Virus record (IMG/VR): IMGVR_UViG_3300014627_000002
Span: 13,618 to 77,617 of that record
Direction: 5' to 3' (one strand)
DNA length: 64,000 bases
Origin: a virus
Shown here: in pieces, positions 51,822 to 60,519 of the stretch
How positions within the stretch are numbered: the stretch's first letter is position 1
Layout of the letters: each line of letters starts with the position of its first letter
Notes under the pieces: generated by a model
What the model saw: only the letters and a program-made list of their open reading frames with translations
The model's database searches: none
What the model was told of the DNA's origin: nothing
Position numbers and translations under genes: made by a program

Positions 51822-53804
51822 ATGGCTTTAAAGAGTTTAGAAAGCCTGCCCGAATGGAAAAGGGCTAGTCATCGGTATCGCTATGATATTAGCCGTTTTG
51901 CGATTGAAGGCTGCGGCATGGACTATACCGTTCAGCAAGAGCAGCTGTTTAATTCAGTAGCGCAAGACGGGAGCCGGACCAGTGTTTCATCTGGTCACGG
52001 CTGCTTTGCCAAAGGCACCCCCGTTATGTTGGATACAGGGGAAATCATACCTGTTGAAGATGTAACGATTAATCATTTCTTAAAAGGTGATGATGGCCAG
52101 AGCCGCCGTGAGGTGCTGTACCTGGAGCGCGGCCGTGAAGAAATGTTCAAGTTTACTTATGCCGATGGAACCGGGCATACGTTTAACAAATCACATATTC
52201 TGGTTTTACGCCATCTGGATACTCTTGAGGACCGTGAAATAACGGTAGGCTCATGGCTGAATTTAAAGCCCGTAGAGCGCTATAGATATGCTGTTTTGCG
52301 CCGTTGTTTGGGTGGTGTGTACCTTATTCCGATTCAGAGCGCTGAATCACTTGGGATAGGGGACTATTACGGCTTTCTGGTTGATGGAAATTACAAGTTC
52401 TTAGCTGGTGACGGCACTATATTCCACAATACCGGTAAAACTCGTTCAGCGGGCATTGTGGCGCTATGGCACCTATGTTTTTTCCCGCATTCAGTCATGA
52501 TGTTTTCAGCGCCACAGATCGAGCAGCTGAGAAAACTTGTATGGAAAGAAATTGAAATCTGTCTGAGCTTGATGCGTAACGGTCGGCTGGCTTGGCTGGC
52601 TGATTATGTGCAAGTACTGGCAGAAAGCGTCTATATCAAGGGTCATCAAAAGACCTGGCATGTTTATGCTAAAACCGCACCCAAAGGGAACCCACAAGCA
52701 CTGGCAGGGAACCACGGCGATTATTTAACAATATGGGTTGATGAAGCTGCCGCCGTAGACAATGGGGTATTTGATGTATTAACCGGTGCATTAACCCATC
52801 CAGATAACCGGATGGTTTTGACGTCACAGCCTGCAAAACCGGCAGGATTCTTTTTTGACACCCATCACAAGCTATCTAAGGCAAACGGCGGTGTATGGAA
52901 TGCCCTAACGTTTAGCTCAGAAAAGACCAGGCTGGTTGCATGGTCCAAGATCATAGAAGCCAGATTGCAATATGGCTCACGTGATGACCCGCAATACATG
53001 ATTCGTATTCTTGGAGAGTTTCCGGATCTTGCAGGCGAGTTTCTGGTTACACAGCGCATGGCTGAGAAGGCTTTTCAGGGTACGGCCATTCCTAAAAAGT
53101 ATAAAGGTTATGGTTATTTTATTCTGGTGGACGTCGGTGGGGGCGTAGGTCGTGATGATTCAACCATTACCATTGCTAAAGTATGGGGTTCGGCACAATG
53201 GGGTACACAGGCCCGCCGTGCTGATGTAATCCGTATTCCGCTATGTAAAAATAATGATGATATTCATGAACTCACAGCAAAAATCAATGAATGCTTGATT
53301 GAATACCCGAATGCTACGTTATTGGTTGATGCGAACGGCGCCGGATCTGGCTTGGCACAGAACCTCACCAGCTTGGGCATTTATTATAAAAAGATTCATT
53401 GGGGTGGCCAGTGCTTTAGTAATAAAAGCCGGAAGGAATATGTCAATAAACGTGCACAAGCATATGTATGTTTGAGCCGTGCTATTCAGCAGGACCGGTT
53501 CAAGGTGCGTACAGCCTTCTTGAAGTCAAAGGTAACAGAGCAGCTTACACGTATACCGTACACATTTGATGAGCAAGCCCGGTTCAAAATTCTGTCTAAA
53601 GAAGAAATGCGCCGCAAAGGAATTACCTCACCAGACGTTGTAGATACTTTTGCGTTTATTTTCTTGGAGGGCATGAACTATACGCCGTATGAAGAAGTCG
53701 GGACCGTTAATCCGGATACTTATGACACAGAAGGCCAAAAGTCACAGACAGAACCAGCAACGGCGGTTGATAGTGTCAATCAAATGGCCGCATTAATGAG
53801 TTAG
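51822..53804 (+). CDS. terL: terminase large subunit, interrupted by a mini-intein in the Walker A loop
   Basis: Removing residues 61-203 joins ..SVSSGHG to TGKTRSAG, giving a GKT P-loop. A Walker B-like YLTIWVDEAA is present. The C-terminal RNase H-like nuclease has LVDVGGG, LLVDANGAG and PDVVDTF. Confidence 0.85.
   Translation: MALKSLESLPEWKRASHRYRYDISRFAIEGCGMDYTVQQEQLFNSVAQDGSRTSVSSGHGCFAKGTPVMLDTGEIIPVEDVTINHFLKGDDGQSRREVLYLERGREEMFKFTYADGTGHTFNKSHILVLRHLDTLEDREITVGSWLNLKPVERYRYAVLRRCLGGVYLIPIQSAESLGIGDYYGFLVDGNYKFLAGDGTIFHNTGKTRSAGIVALWHLCFFPHSVMMFSAPQIEQLRKLVWKEIEICLSLMRNGRLAWLADYVQVLAESVYIKGHQKTWHVYAKTAPKGNPQALAGNHGDYLTIWVDEAAAVDNGVFDVLTGALTHPDNRMVLTSQPAKPAGFFFDTHHKLSKANGGVWNALTFSSEKTRLVAWSKIIEARLQYGSRDDPQYMIRILGEFPDLAGEFLVTQRMAEKAFQGTAIPKKYKGYGYFILVDVGGGVGRDDSTITIAKVWGSAQWGTQARRADVIRIPLCKNNDDIHELTAKINECLIEYPNATLLVDANGAGSGLAQNLTSLGIYYKKIHWGGQCFSNKSRKEYVNKRAQAYVCLSRAIQQDRFKVRTAFLKSKVTEQLTRIPYTFDEQARFKILSKEEMRRKGITSPDVVDTFAFIFLEGMNYTPYEEVGTVNPDTYDTEGQKSQTEPATAVDSVNQMAALMS
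52002..52430 (+). mobile_element. class-1 mini-intein (143 aa, no homing endonuclease domain)
   Basis: It starts CFAKGTPVMLDTGEIIPVEDV (Cys1). The internal His block is ..NKSHILVL. It ends GDYYGFLVDGNYKFLAGDGTIFHN and is followed by Thr+1. The insertion is exactly inside the ATPase P-loop. Confidence 0.85.
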
Positions 53805-53843
53805 GAATAGATAAAAAAGCAGATCAGGTAAAACCGCTATAAC
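53802..53843 (+). promoter_or_regulatory. late-type promoter candidate (AGGAATA family)
   Basis: TAGGAATAGATAAAAAAGCAG, then TATAAC near positions 37-42. The motif starts with the terL stop codon. Confidence 0.45.
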
Positions 53844-53871
53844 TCACTTATCAAATTATTGAGTTATAGCC

Positions 53872-54615
53872 ATGCTGAAATCATTAAAAAATTTCGCTTT
53901 TTCATCGCTTAGAGTCCAAGGCAACGTTATTTTAAATAAGCTAAGTAAAAAACTGGCAGGGGAGTGCTTAGTTAGTCCAAAACACGCTCAAAGCATCTTT
54001 AATGGTTCAGCTATCCAGCCAGAAAATAAAAATAGCGGTTATTTGATTCTTGTTCATGTAGGGAGTGACAGCCTTCACCAACACTCAGTCATTACAGTTG
54101 CTCAGGTGTGGGGTGAAACTTCATGGCCAAATCAAACTCGCCGTGCTGATGTAATCCGCATTTCATCATCTAAAAATAATGATATTCATGAGCTCATAGC
54201 AACGATTAATGAATGCCTGGCTGATTACCCGAATGCTACGGTATTAATCAATGCTTATGGCGCCGGATCTGGCTTGGCGCAGAATCTCACCAGCTTGGGA
54301 ATTTACTATAAAGAAATTCATTGGGGCGGGCCTTGTTTTGTACGCCTGAATAAAAATGAATATGTAAATCGTCGTAGCCAAGCTTATCTAGGCTTGGATG
54401 GTGCAATAAGACAGGGCAGATTCAAAATTAAAGCCAATATCGATCAGCAAAGTGTCATTAAAGAGTTATGCCAGATTCACTATAAATTCGATAAAGAAAA
54501 TCGCTGGAATGTACTGTCAATTGCAGATCATAAAGAAAAAGGAATCTGTATAACCGGGCTTATTGAAACATTCGCATATATCTATTTGGAAGGTATTTCA
54601 TATTTAACTGTTTAG
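53872..54615 (+). CDS. stand-alone paralogue of the terminase nuclease domain with substituted acidic residues
   Basis: Residues ~33-245 align with TerL residues ~405-640, with shared blocks RRADVIRI, NECL.DYPNAT, GAGSGLAQNLTSLGIYYK.IHWGG and ETFAYIYLEG. The two genes share 20-nt identical DNA runs. Confidence 0.75.
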   Translation: MLKSLKNFAFSSLRVQGNVILNKLSKKLAGECLVSPKHAQSIFNGSAIQPENKNSGYLILVHVGSDSLHQHSVITVAQVWGETSWPNQTRRADVIRISSSKNNDIHELIATINECLADYPNATVLINAYGAGSGLAQNLTSLGIYYKEIHWGGPCFVRLNKNEYVNRRSQAYLGLDGAIRQGRFKIKANIDQQSVIKELCQIHYKFDKENRWNVLSIADHKEKGICITGLIETFAYIYLEGISYLTV

Positions 54616-54685
54616 TCTGGCATATCAAAAAAAGGCAAAACAGCAAACGAGTTACAAAGCACTAAATAGCTTAGAGAATCAGCAC

Positions 54686-56353
54686 ATGAGTAAGACGATT
54701 CAGTTAAAACTAACAAATATCGGTATTTCACACTGTCTAAATGCAGAAACCAGCGGAATTAAACTTGAGCTGGACCGCATTGTTTTTAGTTCAGATAATT
54801 TTGAATCCGTTGATTATGATCCACATACAGAAATTAAAAATATTATTCATGAAGCTCCAATCGCTGTCGGTGGGAAGTCTGAGGACCAGCGCAGCTTACG
54901 CTTCGTTTCTTATATAAATTCACCCACAGAACTAGAAATTCGTTCACTCGGGATTTATACAAAAGATAATGTTTTATTCGCCGTTGCAAGCGTAGCCGCA
55001 GGAAACTTATTCAAAGTTTATAGTGGCGTTAGCTTTGTCGCAGCTTTTGGAATGAGCATTGCACCCGCATTTGCAAATGTTATTGAAATCAAAACTGATC
55101 AAAACGCAGCGCTTGCTTTGGTTATGATGAATGATCATGAAAGGCATGCTAATCCCCATCCTCAGTACGCGCAGCAGCTCAACAATTTAGTAAAGGCGCT
55201 CTATCACGTAAATTCATGGCATGGTACTAACAGTGCTGAATATGATCCGGCAATCGCATTATTTCCCCTGTTTGGCTATGAAACAACGTGGACATTATGG
55301 CCCTATGTCCCGAAAGGTGTAGGGACCATTCAAGACCCTATAGGCGCTGTATCGGGAATAAGCTCAGGTGCCAATGTTCAAATAGCCTCTACCCGTATTT
55401 GGCAGCGTTTAGAAGACGGCGCAACGGGTCCCACTTACTCACTGACGGTTGATAAAAATTCTGTAAATGAAGGGGATAGTCTGGAATTTACTTTGCAGAC
55501 GACAGGTTTAGCTGCAGGTACTCCCGTAGACTGGACTATAACCGGTGTTCAGGCTAGTGATATTTTACCAGCTGCATTAACAGGTCAGTTTGTAATTGAT
55601 GCTACGGGTAAAGCCAAGTTAAGCGTCCAGGTGGTTGAAGACAATAAAACTGACGGCAATAAAACGCTCATACTGGCGCTGACTTACATCAAAAATAAGC
55701 AGGTGTCTGTATTTATAAATGACACAAGCAAATATCCTGAAGGCCAAGAAGTATATTATCAGGGCACACATTCAATAAACGTAGAACCTAATCAAATCAT
55801 TGTCATTGATATGTATGCCCCGGGCGGCGGTGGCGGTGGTTCAATTTATTCTGGCAGTTCACAAAATCCTGTAGGAAAAGATGGCGGTAATAACATTCTT
55901 GCGCTTGGTGAAGTTCAATTTATTGCCGGTGGTGGTAAAGCTGGTACCGGTGGCGTTTGGGGTAATGGTTCATCATTCACTAATGGTGAAGCTGGCACAG
56001 GCGGCATTAATACGATTGCAGATAACCCGCAATTTATTATTCTGGAAAATAAAAAGGGTAATTCTGCTGTAATCGGTTCACGTTGGAGCCGTCAACCAGG
56101 TGGTGCCGGTATATTATCTAGCATCGGGACATTAAATGGTGGCGGTGCTGGGGGCTGGGGTATTGGGGATGAAAAATGGTCATACGGCGGTGGCGGTGGC
56201 GGTGGTGGCCGCTTAAAAGTCCAGTTTACTAATACAAATGAGGAACCTATAACTTTAAATCTAGTCATAGGTGCATTTGGCGCTGGTTGGAAAGGTGCAG
56301 GTAACGCTGGGGATGATGGTGGTATTGGTTTTGCGATAGTCAATACACTGTAA
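54686..56353 (+). CDS. tail fibre protein (tail-collar-type N-terminus, Calx-beta-like middle, glycine-rich C-terminal domain)
   Basis: The N-terminus IQLKLTNIGISHCLNAETSGIKLELDRIVFSSDNF resembles P2 gpH-type fibre N-termini. The middle segment is NEGDSLEFTLQTTG..GTPVDWTITG. The C-terminus is rich in GGGGG runs. Confidence 0.65.
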   Translation: MSKTIQLKLTNIGISHCLNAETSGIKLELDRIVFSSDNFESVDYDPHTEIKNIIHEAPIAVGGKSEDQRSLRFVSYINSPTELEIRSLGIYTKDNVLFAVASVAAGNLFKVYSGVSFVAAFGMSIAPAFANVIEIKTDQNAALALVMMNDHERHANPHPQYAQQLNNLVKALYHVNSWHGTNSAEYDPAIALFPLFGYETTWTLWPYVPKGVGTIQDPIGAVSGISSGANVQIASTRIWQRLEDGATGPTYSLTVDKNSVNEGDSLEFTLQTTGLAAGTPVDWTITGVQASDILPAALTGQFVIDATGKAKLSVQVVEDNKTDGNKTLILALTYIKNKQVSVFINDTSKYPEGQEVYYQGTHSINVEPNQIIVIDMYAPGGGGGGSIYSGSSQNPVGKDGGNNILALGEVQFIAGGGKAGTGGVWGNGSSFTNGEAGTGGINTIADNPQFIILENKKGNSAVIGSRWSRQPGGAGILSSIGTLNGGGAGGWGIGDEKWSYGGGGGGGGRLKVQFTNTNEEPITLNLVIGAFGAGWKGAGNAGDDGGIGFAIVNTL

Positions 56354-56357
56354 AGAA

Positions 56358-56398
56358 CAGGAATACCGAAAAATCCAGTTTAGGGACTAAATCATAAT
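56358..56398 (+). promoter_or_regulatory. late-type promoter candidate (AGGAATA family) overlapping a terminator hairpin
   Basis: CAGGAATACCGAAAAATCCAG, then CATAAT at positions 36-41. The -10 lies in the loop of the 56384-56417 hairpin. Confidence 0.4.
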
Positions 56399-56417
56399 AG
56401 GTTTAGTCCTTTTTTTT
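56384..56417 (+). terminator. rho-independent terminator after the tail fibre gene
   Basis: GGACTAAA..TTTAGTCC stem followed by TTTTTTTT. Confidence 0.65.
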
Positions 56418-56427
56418 GCGCAAAGCC

Positions 56428-56712
56428 ATGTTAAATGAATACCACAATGCAGTACGGCGCTATATAGAGTCTAACCGCAAGAAAGCTGAGTTTGGTGCTC
56501 GTTTATTTCATTACCAGATTGGTGAGGATGAAGTAAATGATCCGTCATTAGCAAGTTATCGAGCATATAACACCAATGCACATACCGATATTATTGTGCT
56601 GGCCAGCGGCAATTCTTTTTCATTTCAGCCCTTACCTCTCAAGATTATCACCTTGCCGGATTTGAGCATTTTAATTCAGTTGCAGAAGCGATACGGGGTA
56701 AACAATGGTTGA
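56428..56712 (+). CDS. hypothetical protein
   Basis: ATG 56428 (the listed ORF uses TTG 56416). No clear SD. Confidence 0.4.
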   Translation: MLNEYHNAVRRYIESNRKKAEFGARLFHYQIGEDEVNDPSLASYRAYNTNAHTDIIVLASGNSFSFQPLPLKIITLPDLSILIQLQKRYGVNNG

Positions 56713-57766
56713 TCAATTACCTGCAGATCGCTTTAGAGAAGCCTTACTAAAAGGTGGGCTTGAAAATGAGTTTAAAACCCGTCAGCGTGCGGCCAAAGGT
56801 CAGCGCCGTATAGCTGAAGAAGAACGTGAAAGCAGTCAGGATAAAAAAGGCAGTAAACCGACTTTTCTACGCCCTTCTGATATAGCTGGCGATTATGATT
56901 TTAAACGCGCCTTGCAGACGACTTTAGGCATGCCAGAGGGTGTGACCCGCCCATTGACTAAAGAGGACCTGGCGGCATTTGCTGACAATATCGAGCAAAT
57001 GAAAAAAGCCTATAAAGGGGGCATTACCGTATCGCAAGTTATTTCACTCAGCCGGCAAGAGGATATTGACCGGGCCAATGAGCAGATTAAGTATGCGGTG
57101 CCATCTGCCCGAAAAAATGGTGTATTTCGCTTTACTACAAATTCAGGACCAGGGAGTGATGTACCTTTTCATTATGTCCAAGTTGAATTTTTGGCTTTCA
57201 ATGAACTGGTATTTCATCCAGACCGTGTGAAAGCTACAACTATTCAAAATCGTTTGGCCAATGGCCGGGTTAAGTTTGAGTGTGATTGTGGTCGCTTTAA
57301 TTTCTGGTTCAGATATTTAAATACAGTCGCAGGTACCGTGCTCGGTCGTAAAGAAGGCGGCTTTCCAAAGATCAGGAACCCAAGTACAACAGGTATTGCA
57401 TGTAAGCACATTATCCGGGTTATGCACTGGCTTAAATCTGCTTCAGGGCGTCAGTTCTTGAGCCAGGCACTTGATAAAGAGCGTACTAAGCAAGTCGGCT
57501 CTAAATATAAAACTGGCAAAAAGCTGATGATTCAGCACTTGACTGAACAAGTGGCCAAAGAACATAGCAAACGTAATCACATTAAATCCAACTTGCAAAA
57601 AGAAGTAGCCCGGTTAGAAGCCAGGGCAAAACGAGAAGCACAAAACTTGATTCGCAAGCAACGTGAAACTGAAACAAAGCATCAAGCCGCCCTAAAACTT
57701 AAAAACCTGTTTGAGCAAGGCATTCTCAATGAAGCTGAATATCAGTTGCTTACTAAACGTCTATAG
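56705..57766 (+). CDS. SWIM zinc-finger protein
   Basis: CDCGRFNFW...TTGIACKHIIRV fits the SWIM CxC..CxH signature. The C-terminus is a basic coiled coil. Confidence 0.65.
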   Translation: MVDQLPADRFREALLKGGLENEFKTRQRAAKGQRRIAEEERESSQDKKGSKPTFLRPSDIAGDYDFKRALQTTLGMPEGVTRPLTKEDLAAFADNIEQMKKAYKGGITVSQVISLSRQEDIDRANEQIKYAVPSARKNGVFRFTTNSGPGSDVPFHYVQVEFLAFNELVFHPDRVKATTIQNRLANGRVKFECDCGRFNFWFRYLNTVAGTVLGRKEGGFPKIRNPSTTGIACKHIIRVMHWLKSASGRQFLSQALDKERTKQVGSKYKTGKKLMIQHLTEQVAKEHSKRNHIKSNLQKEVARLEARAKREAQNLIRKQRETETKHQAALKLKNLFEQGILNEAEYQLLTKRL

Positions 57767-57773
57767 GTGATCT

Positions 57774-58352
57774 ATGTTAAGTCCCATTAATCCAATTGCT
57801 AATCGCGTGGCAGAAGGACGGCGCTTTGCATCCCGTTCTATTGTCCTTACTAATCTTTCATCAATATCGTGCTTTGCCTTTCGCCGTAAAGTTATACCTG
57901 CAGTAGAAGGGGAAACACGGGCTGAATCTATTTATCCGGGTGGTTTTGTACTCAGCAGTAGTGAAGAACATGCAACAGAGTATGAGGATCTAGGCTATGC
58001 CATGTTATTACTCAATAAATTCTCGGGTGGATCGATGCATAACGATGGGGATGATATTAATTTTGGTGAAGCTGTTTTTTATGCACAAATTGAGCCCGTG
58101 AATAAGGCCGATTATGGCAAACGCACTGAAATGTTAAAAAATATCCCCGATTGGCAACCCAAGAAGGGTGATGTACTGGCAATGGTGATTTCAGAAGACA
58201 TTATTAAATGGGTAGAGGTAACTGGTGTGACTGGCCAGACCCTAAACTCACAGCATGGCGTTGAATATGTCTTAAATGTACGCGATAAGCTCATGCATCT
58301 GGACCCTTTTAAGCAAGAAGATGATTTACTTGAACCAGATGACAGCCCTTAA
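57774..58352 (+). CDS. hypothetical virion-module protein
   Basis: 192-aa ORF. Confidence 0.55.
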   Translation: MLSPINPIANRVAEGRRFASRSIVLTNLSSISCFAFRRKVIPAVEGETRAESIYPGGFVLSSSEEHATEYEDLGYAMLLLNKFSGGSMHNDGDDINFGEAVFYAQIEPVNKADYGKRTEMLKNIPDWQPKKGDVLAMVISEDIIKWVEVTGVTGQTLNSQHGVEYVLNVRDKLMHLDPFKQEDDLLEPDDSP

Positions 58353-58409
58353 AAAATCTAAAAAAACTGATTTTCAATTAAAGTCCTGATTTTTCAGGAC
58401 TTTCAATTT

Positions 58410-58450
58410 TAGGAATATAAAAAAACAGGGGTTTTTTTTATTGCCAGAAT
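58410..58450 (+). promoter_or_regulatory. late-type promoter candidate (AGGAATA family)
   Basis: TAGGAATATAAAAAAACAGGG, then CAGAAT at positions 36-41. It lies 43 nt upstream of the capsid-like gene. Confidence 0.55.
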
Positions 58451-58492
58451 AGGCGTATCGGTGATGCCAATAACGGCAATGAGGATACATCT

Positions 58493-60448
58493 ATGTTTGA
58501 TCGTAATAAGTTAGCAGAAGAAGTAAAACTACAGACTCAACAGGTCGCAGTCACTTCAAAATTTATGGGTTTAATTGGCTTTGGTCAAAAAACTGAACCA
58601 GGGGCTTCTAGTTTTGGGGCTATTTATGACAGCCTGGTAGCTAATGCGGCAAAAGATAATATTTCAAAAGCAGCGTTTATCCCACAAGCTTTACTGGATC
58701 TTGAAGAAAAAGTCGGTAAAGCCGGTATGAGTCATATTTTTGACTCTATTGATACTGGTGTAAAAGCTTATCGTAACCGTCACGGCGGGGCTATGCCTGA
58801 TGCTGCTTTGGTAGCGTCTGCCATAAATGCGGGCTCATTATTACATACCGGTTTAGATCGTAGTAAAACCGGTGGCATTTATGACTCAGCCAGTGATGCG
58901 TTTGGTGGTCCAGCAGTTCAGCAGTTCTATGATAGCTTGAGCAAAAGCGGCTCTACTCATACCGCTGAAGTGCCAAGTCTGGCAATGGTTACGATTGCTA
59001 TGACTATTGCTAATGCTATGCCGGTTGTAAGTTATTTACCGAACCCGAAAGGCACTAATACCGTACCTTTAGTTTATGTCCGTCAGGTGGCTGCTAATAC
59101 CTATGGACAGATTGAACAAGAAGACTTCTTGGACGGCTTAAAAGCGGCTAATCAGTATTTTGATGCGGTACACCGCTTTGAAATGAACCCAAGTGCTGAC
59201 CGCAAAACCTTTACTATTACTACAAAACGTTGTGTAGATCCTAAAACATTAAAACCTGTTGAGGATGCTGGACGCTTACCATTTGTTTTAGGTGGTACGG
59301 CGATTACCGTTGGTGGTGTATTCGTCGCGCATGATGAACAAAGCAATCAGTCAGGTGGTAGCACTGCCGGGACATTTAATATTTATCCTCACAATGTGAA
59401 TGGCTTCACGACTAAAGGTGGAAAGAATCAGGTTGCTTCAGGCCGAGTTGACCTAAGCAATGATCAAATTACTGTTATCTTTGAAAAGGCCATTCCTGAA
59501 GGGGTAAGCGTTAAAGCCAGCGTATATGCTAACTTTGAAGCAAAAGACAATAACGGCAACTACATTTTACAGGCACCAAGCGTTGATACACGTAACGAAT
59601 ATGGTGAAGTAAGTGCTTATGCAATTCGTGCGAAGTATACCGCCACTATCGATTCAATTACGCAGATGCAGAATGAATTAGGCGTAGATGTACGTGCTGC
59701 ATTTGTTGCAGTGGTAATCGGTAAAGTAATGTTTGAACAGACATGCCGATTGCTTAAAGAAGCACGTGAGCTGGCTGAAGGAAGTTTTAGCGCTGATGGC
59801 AAACTTACCCTTGTACGTGAGTTAGATTTAAGTCGCGGTAATGACCTGACACAAGCATTCAACAAATCGGCCGATATTATCGCTGAGGTTATTCCAGCAC
59901 TTGAGGATATGAAACGCCGTATTACTGAGCACACAAACCATAGTCCAGATGGTTACGATGTCTATGTCACTGGCTCTCTATCTACTTTGGTTCGCTCACT
60001 GGCTGATGACACCAACTTCATTCCAACTGGCCTGACATTAGGTGTACCGAACAATATTACCCGTATGGGCTCACGTGGTACCGATAACTTCTATTATGTG
60101 CCGTCTTCAGCTGGTGTTTTAAACGATGGTGAAATGAAACTGGTAATCGGTGTAGATGATACCGATCCGGCTAATCCTAAGCAGATTACTGAAGACGTTA
60201 CCTTTGGTGAAATGCTAATTGTTGCGCGTAACTCGGTTGCTGCTAAATCAGTATTTATCGGCCATATCGCAGTACCCGTTATTACTGAAGATGTTCGTGA
60301 AAAGGCTTTTGAGCAGGGTGTAACGGTCTATACCCGCCAAGCGGCACAGAAAAACCGTAATACACGTTTTGGTAGTCAAGTAGGTCTATTACGTGTAATC
60401 AAACTGGTTAAGGCTGTGACAACTGAACTGTCTGAAAAAGCTGCTTAA
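58493..60448 (+). CDS. major capsid protein candidate (large, gp23/HK97-fold-like)
   Basis: 651 aa. It is a mono-cistronic unit between a late-type promoter and a strong terminator. The segment AIRAKYTATIDSITQMQNELGVDVRAAFVAVVIGKVMFEQTCRLLKEA resembles the spine-helix region of T4 gp23-like capsid proteins. Confidence 0.5.
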   Translation: MFDRNKLAEEVKLQTQQVAVTSKFMGLIGFGQKTEPGASSFGAIYDSLVANAAKDNISKAAFIPQALLDLEEKVGKAGMSHIFDSIDTGVKAYRNRHGGAMPDAALVASAINAGSLLHTGLDRSKTGGIYDSASDAFGGPAVQQFYDSLSKSGSTHTAEVPSLAMVTIAMTIANAMPVVSYLPNPKGTNTVPLVYVRQVAANTYGQIEQEDFLDGLKAANQYFDAVHRFEMNPSADRKTFTITTKRCVDPKTLKPVEDAGRLPFVLGGTAITVGGVFVAHDEQSNQSGGSTAGTFNIYPHNVNGFTTKGGKNQVASGRVDLSNDQITVIFEKAIPEGVSVKASVYANFEAKDNNGNYILQAPSVDTRNEYGEVSAYAIRAKYTATIDSITQMQNELGVDVRAAFVAVVIGKVMFEQTCRLLKEARELAEGSFSADGKLTLVRELDLSRGNDLTQAFNKSADIIAEVIPALEDMKRRITEHTNHSPDGYDVYVTGSLSTLVRSLADDTNFIPTGLTLGVPNNITRMGSRGTDNFYYVPSSAGVLNDGEMKLVIGVDDTDPANPKQITEDVTFGEMLIVARNSVAAKSVFIGHIAVPVITEDVREKAFEQGVTVYTRQAAQKNRNTRFGSQVGLLRVIKLVKAVTTELSEKAA

Positions 60449-60462
60449 TCATCCGATACAGA

Positions 60463-60488
60463 ACGGCGTGTAAATCGCGCCGTTTTAT
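60463..60488 (+). terminator. rho-independent terminator
   Basis: ACGGCG-TGTAAATCG-CGCCGT followed by TTTATT. Confidence 0.7.
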
Positions 60489-60519
60489 TCAGTCAGTCAA
60501 TATAAATAGGCACAATGTC

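Noticed and set aside
56092-56343. An 83-aa proline-rich minus-strand ORF, and a 63-aa plus-strand ORF at 55881..56072.
   Set aside because: The minus-strand ORF is the complement of the GGN-rich glycine domain of the tail fibre gene, and the plus-strand ORF is an out-of-frame reading of that domain. Neither is an independent gene.
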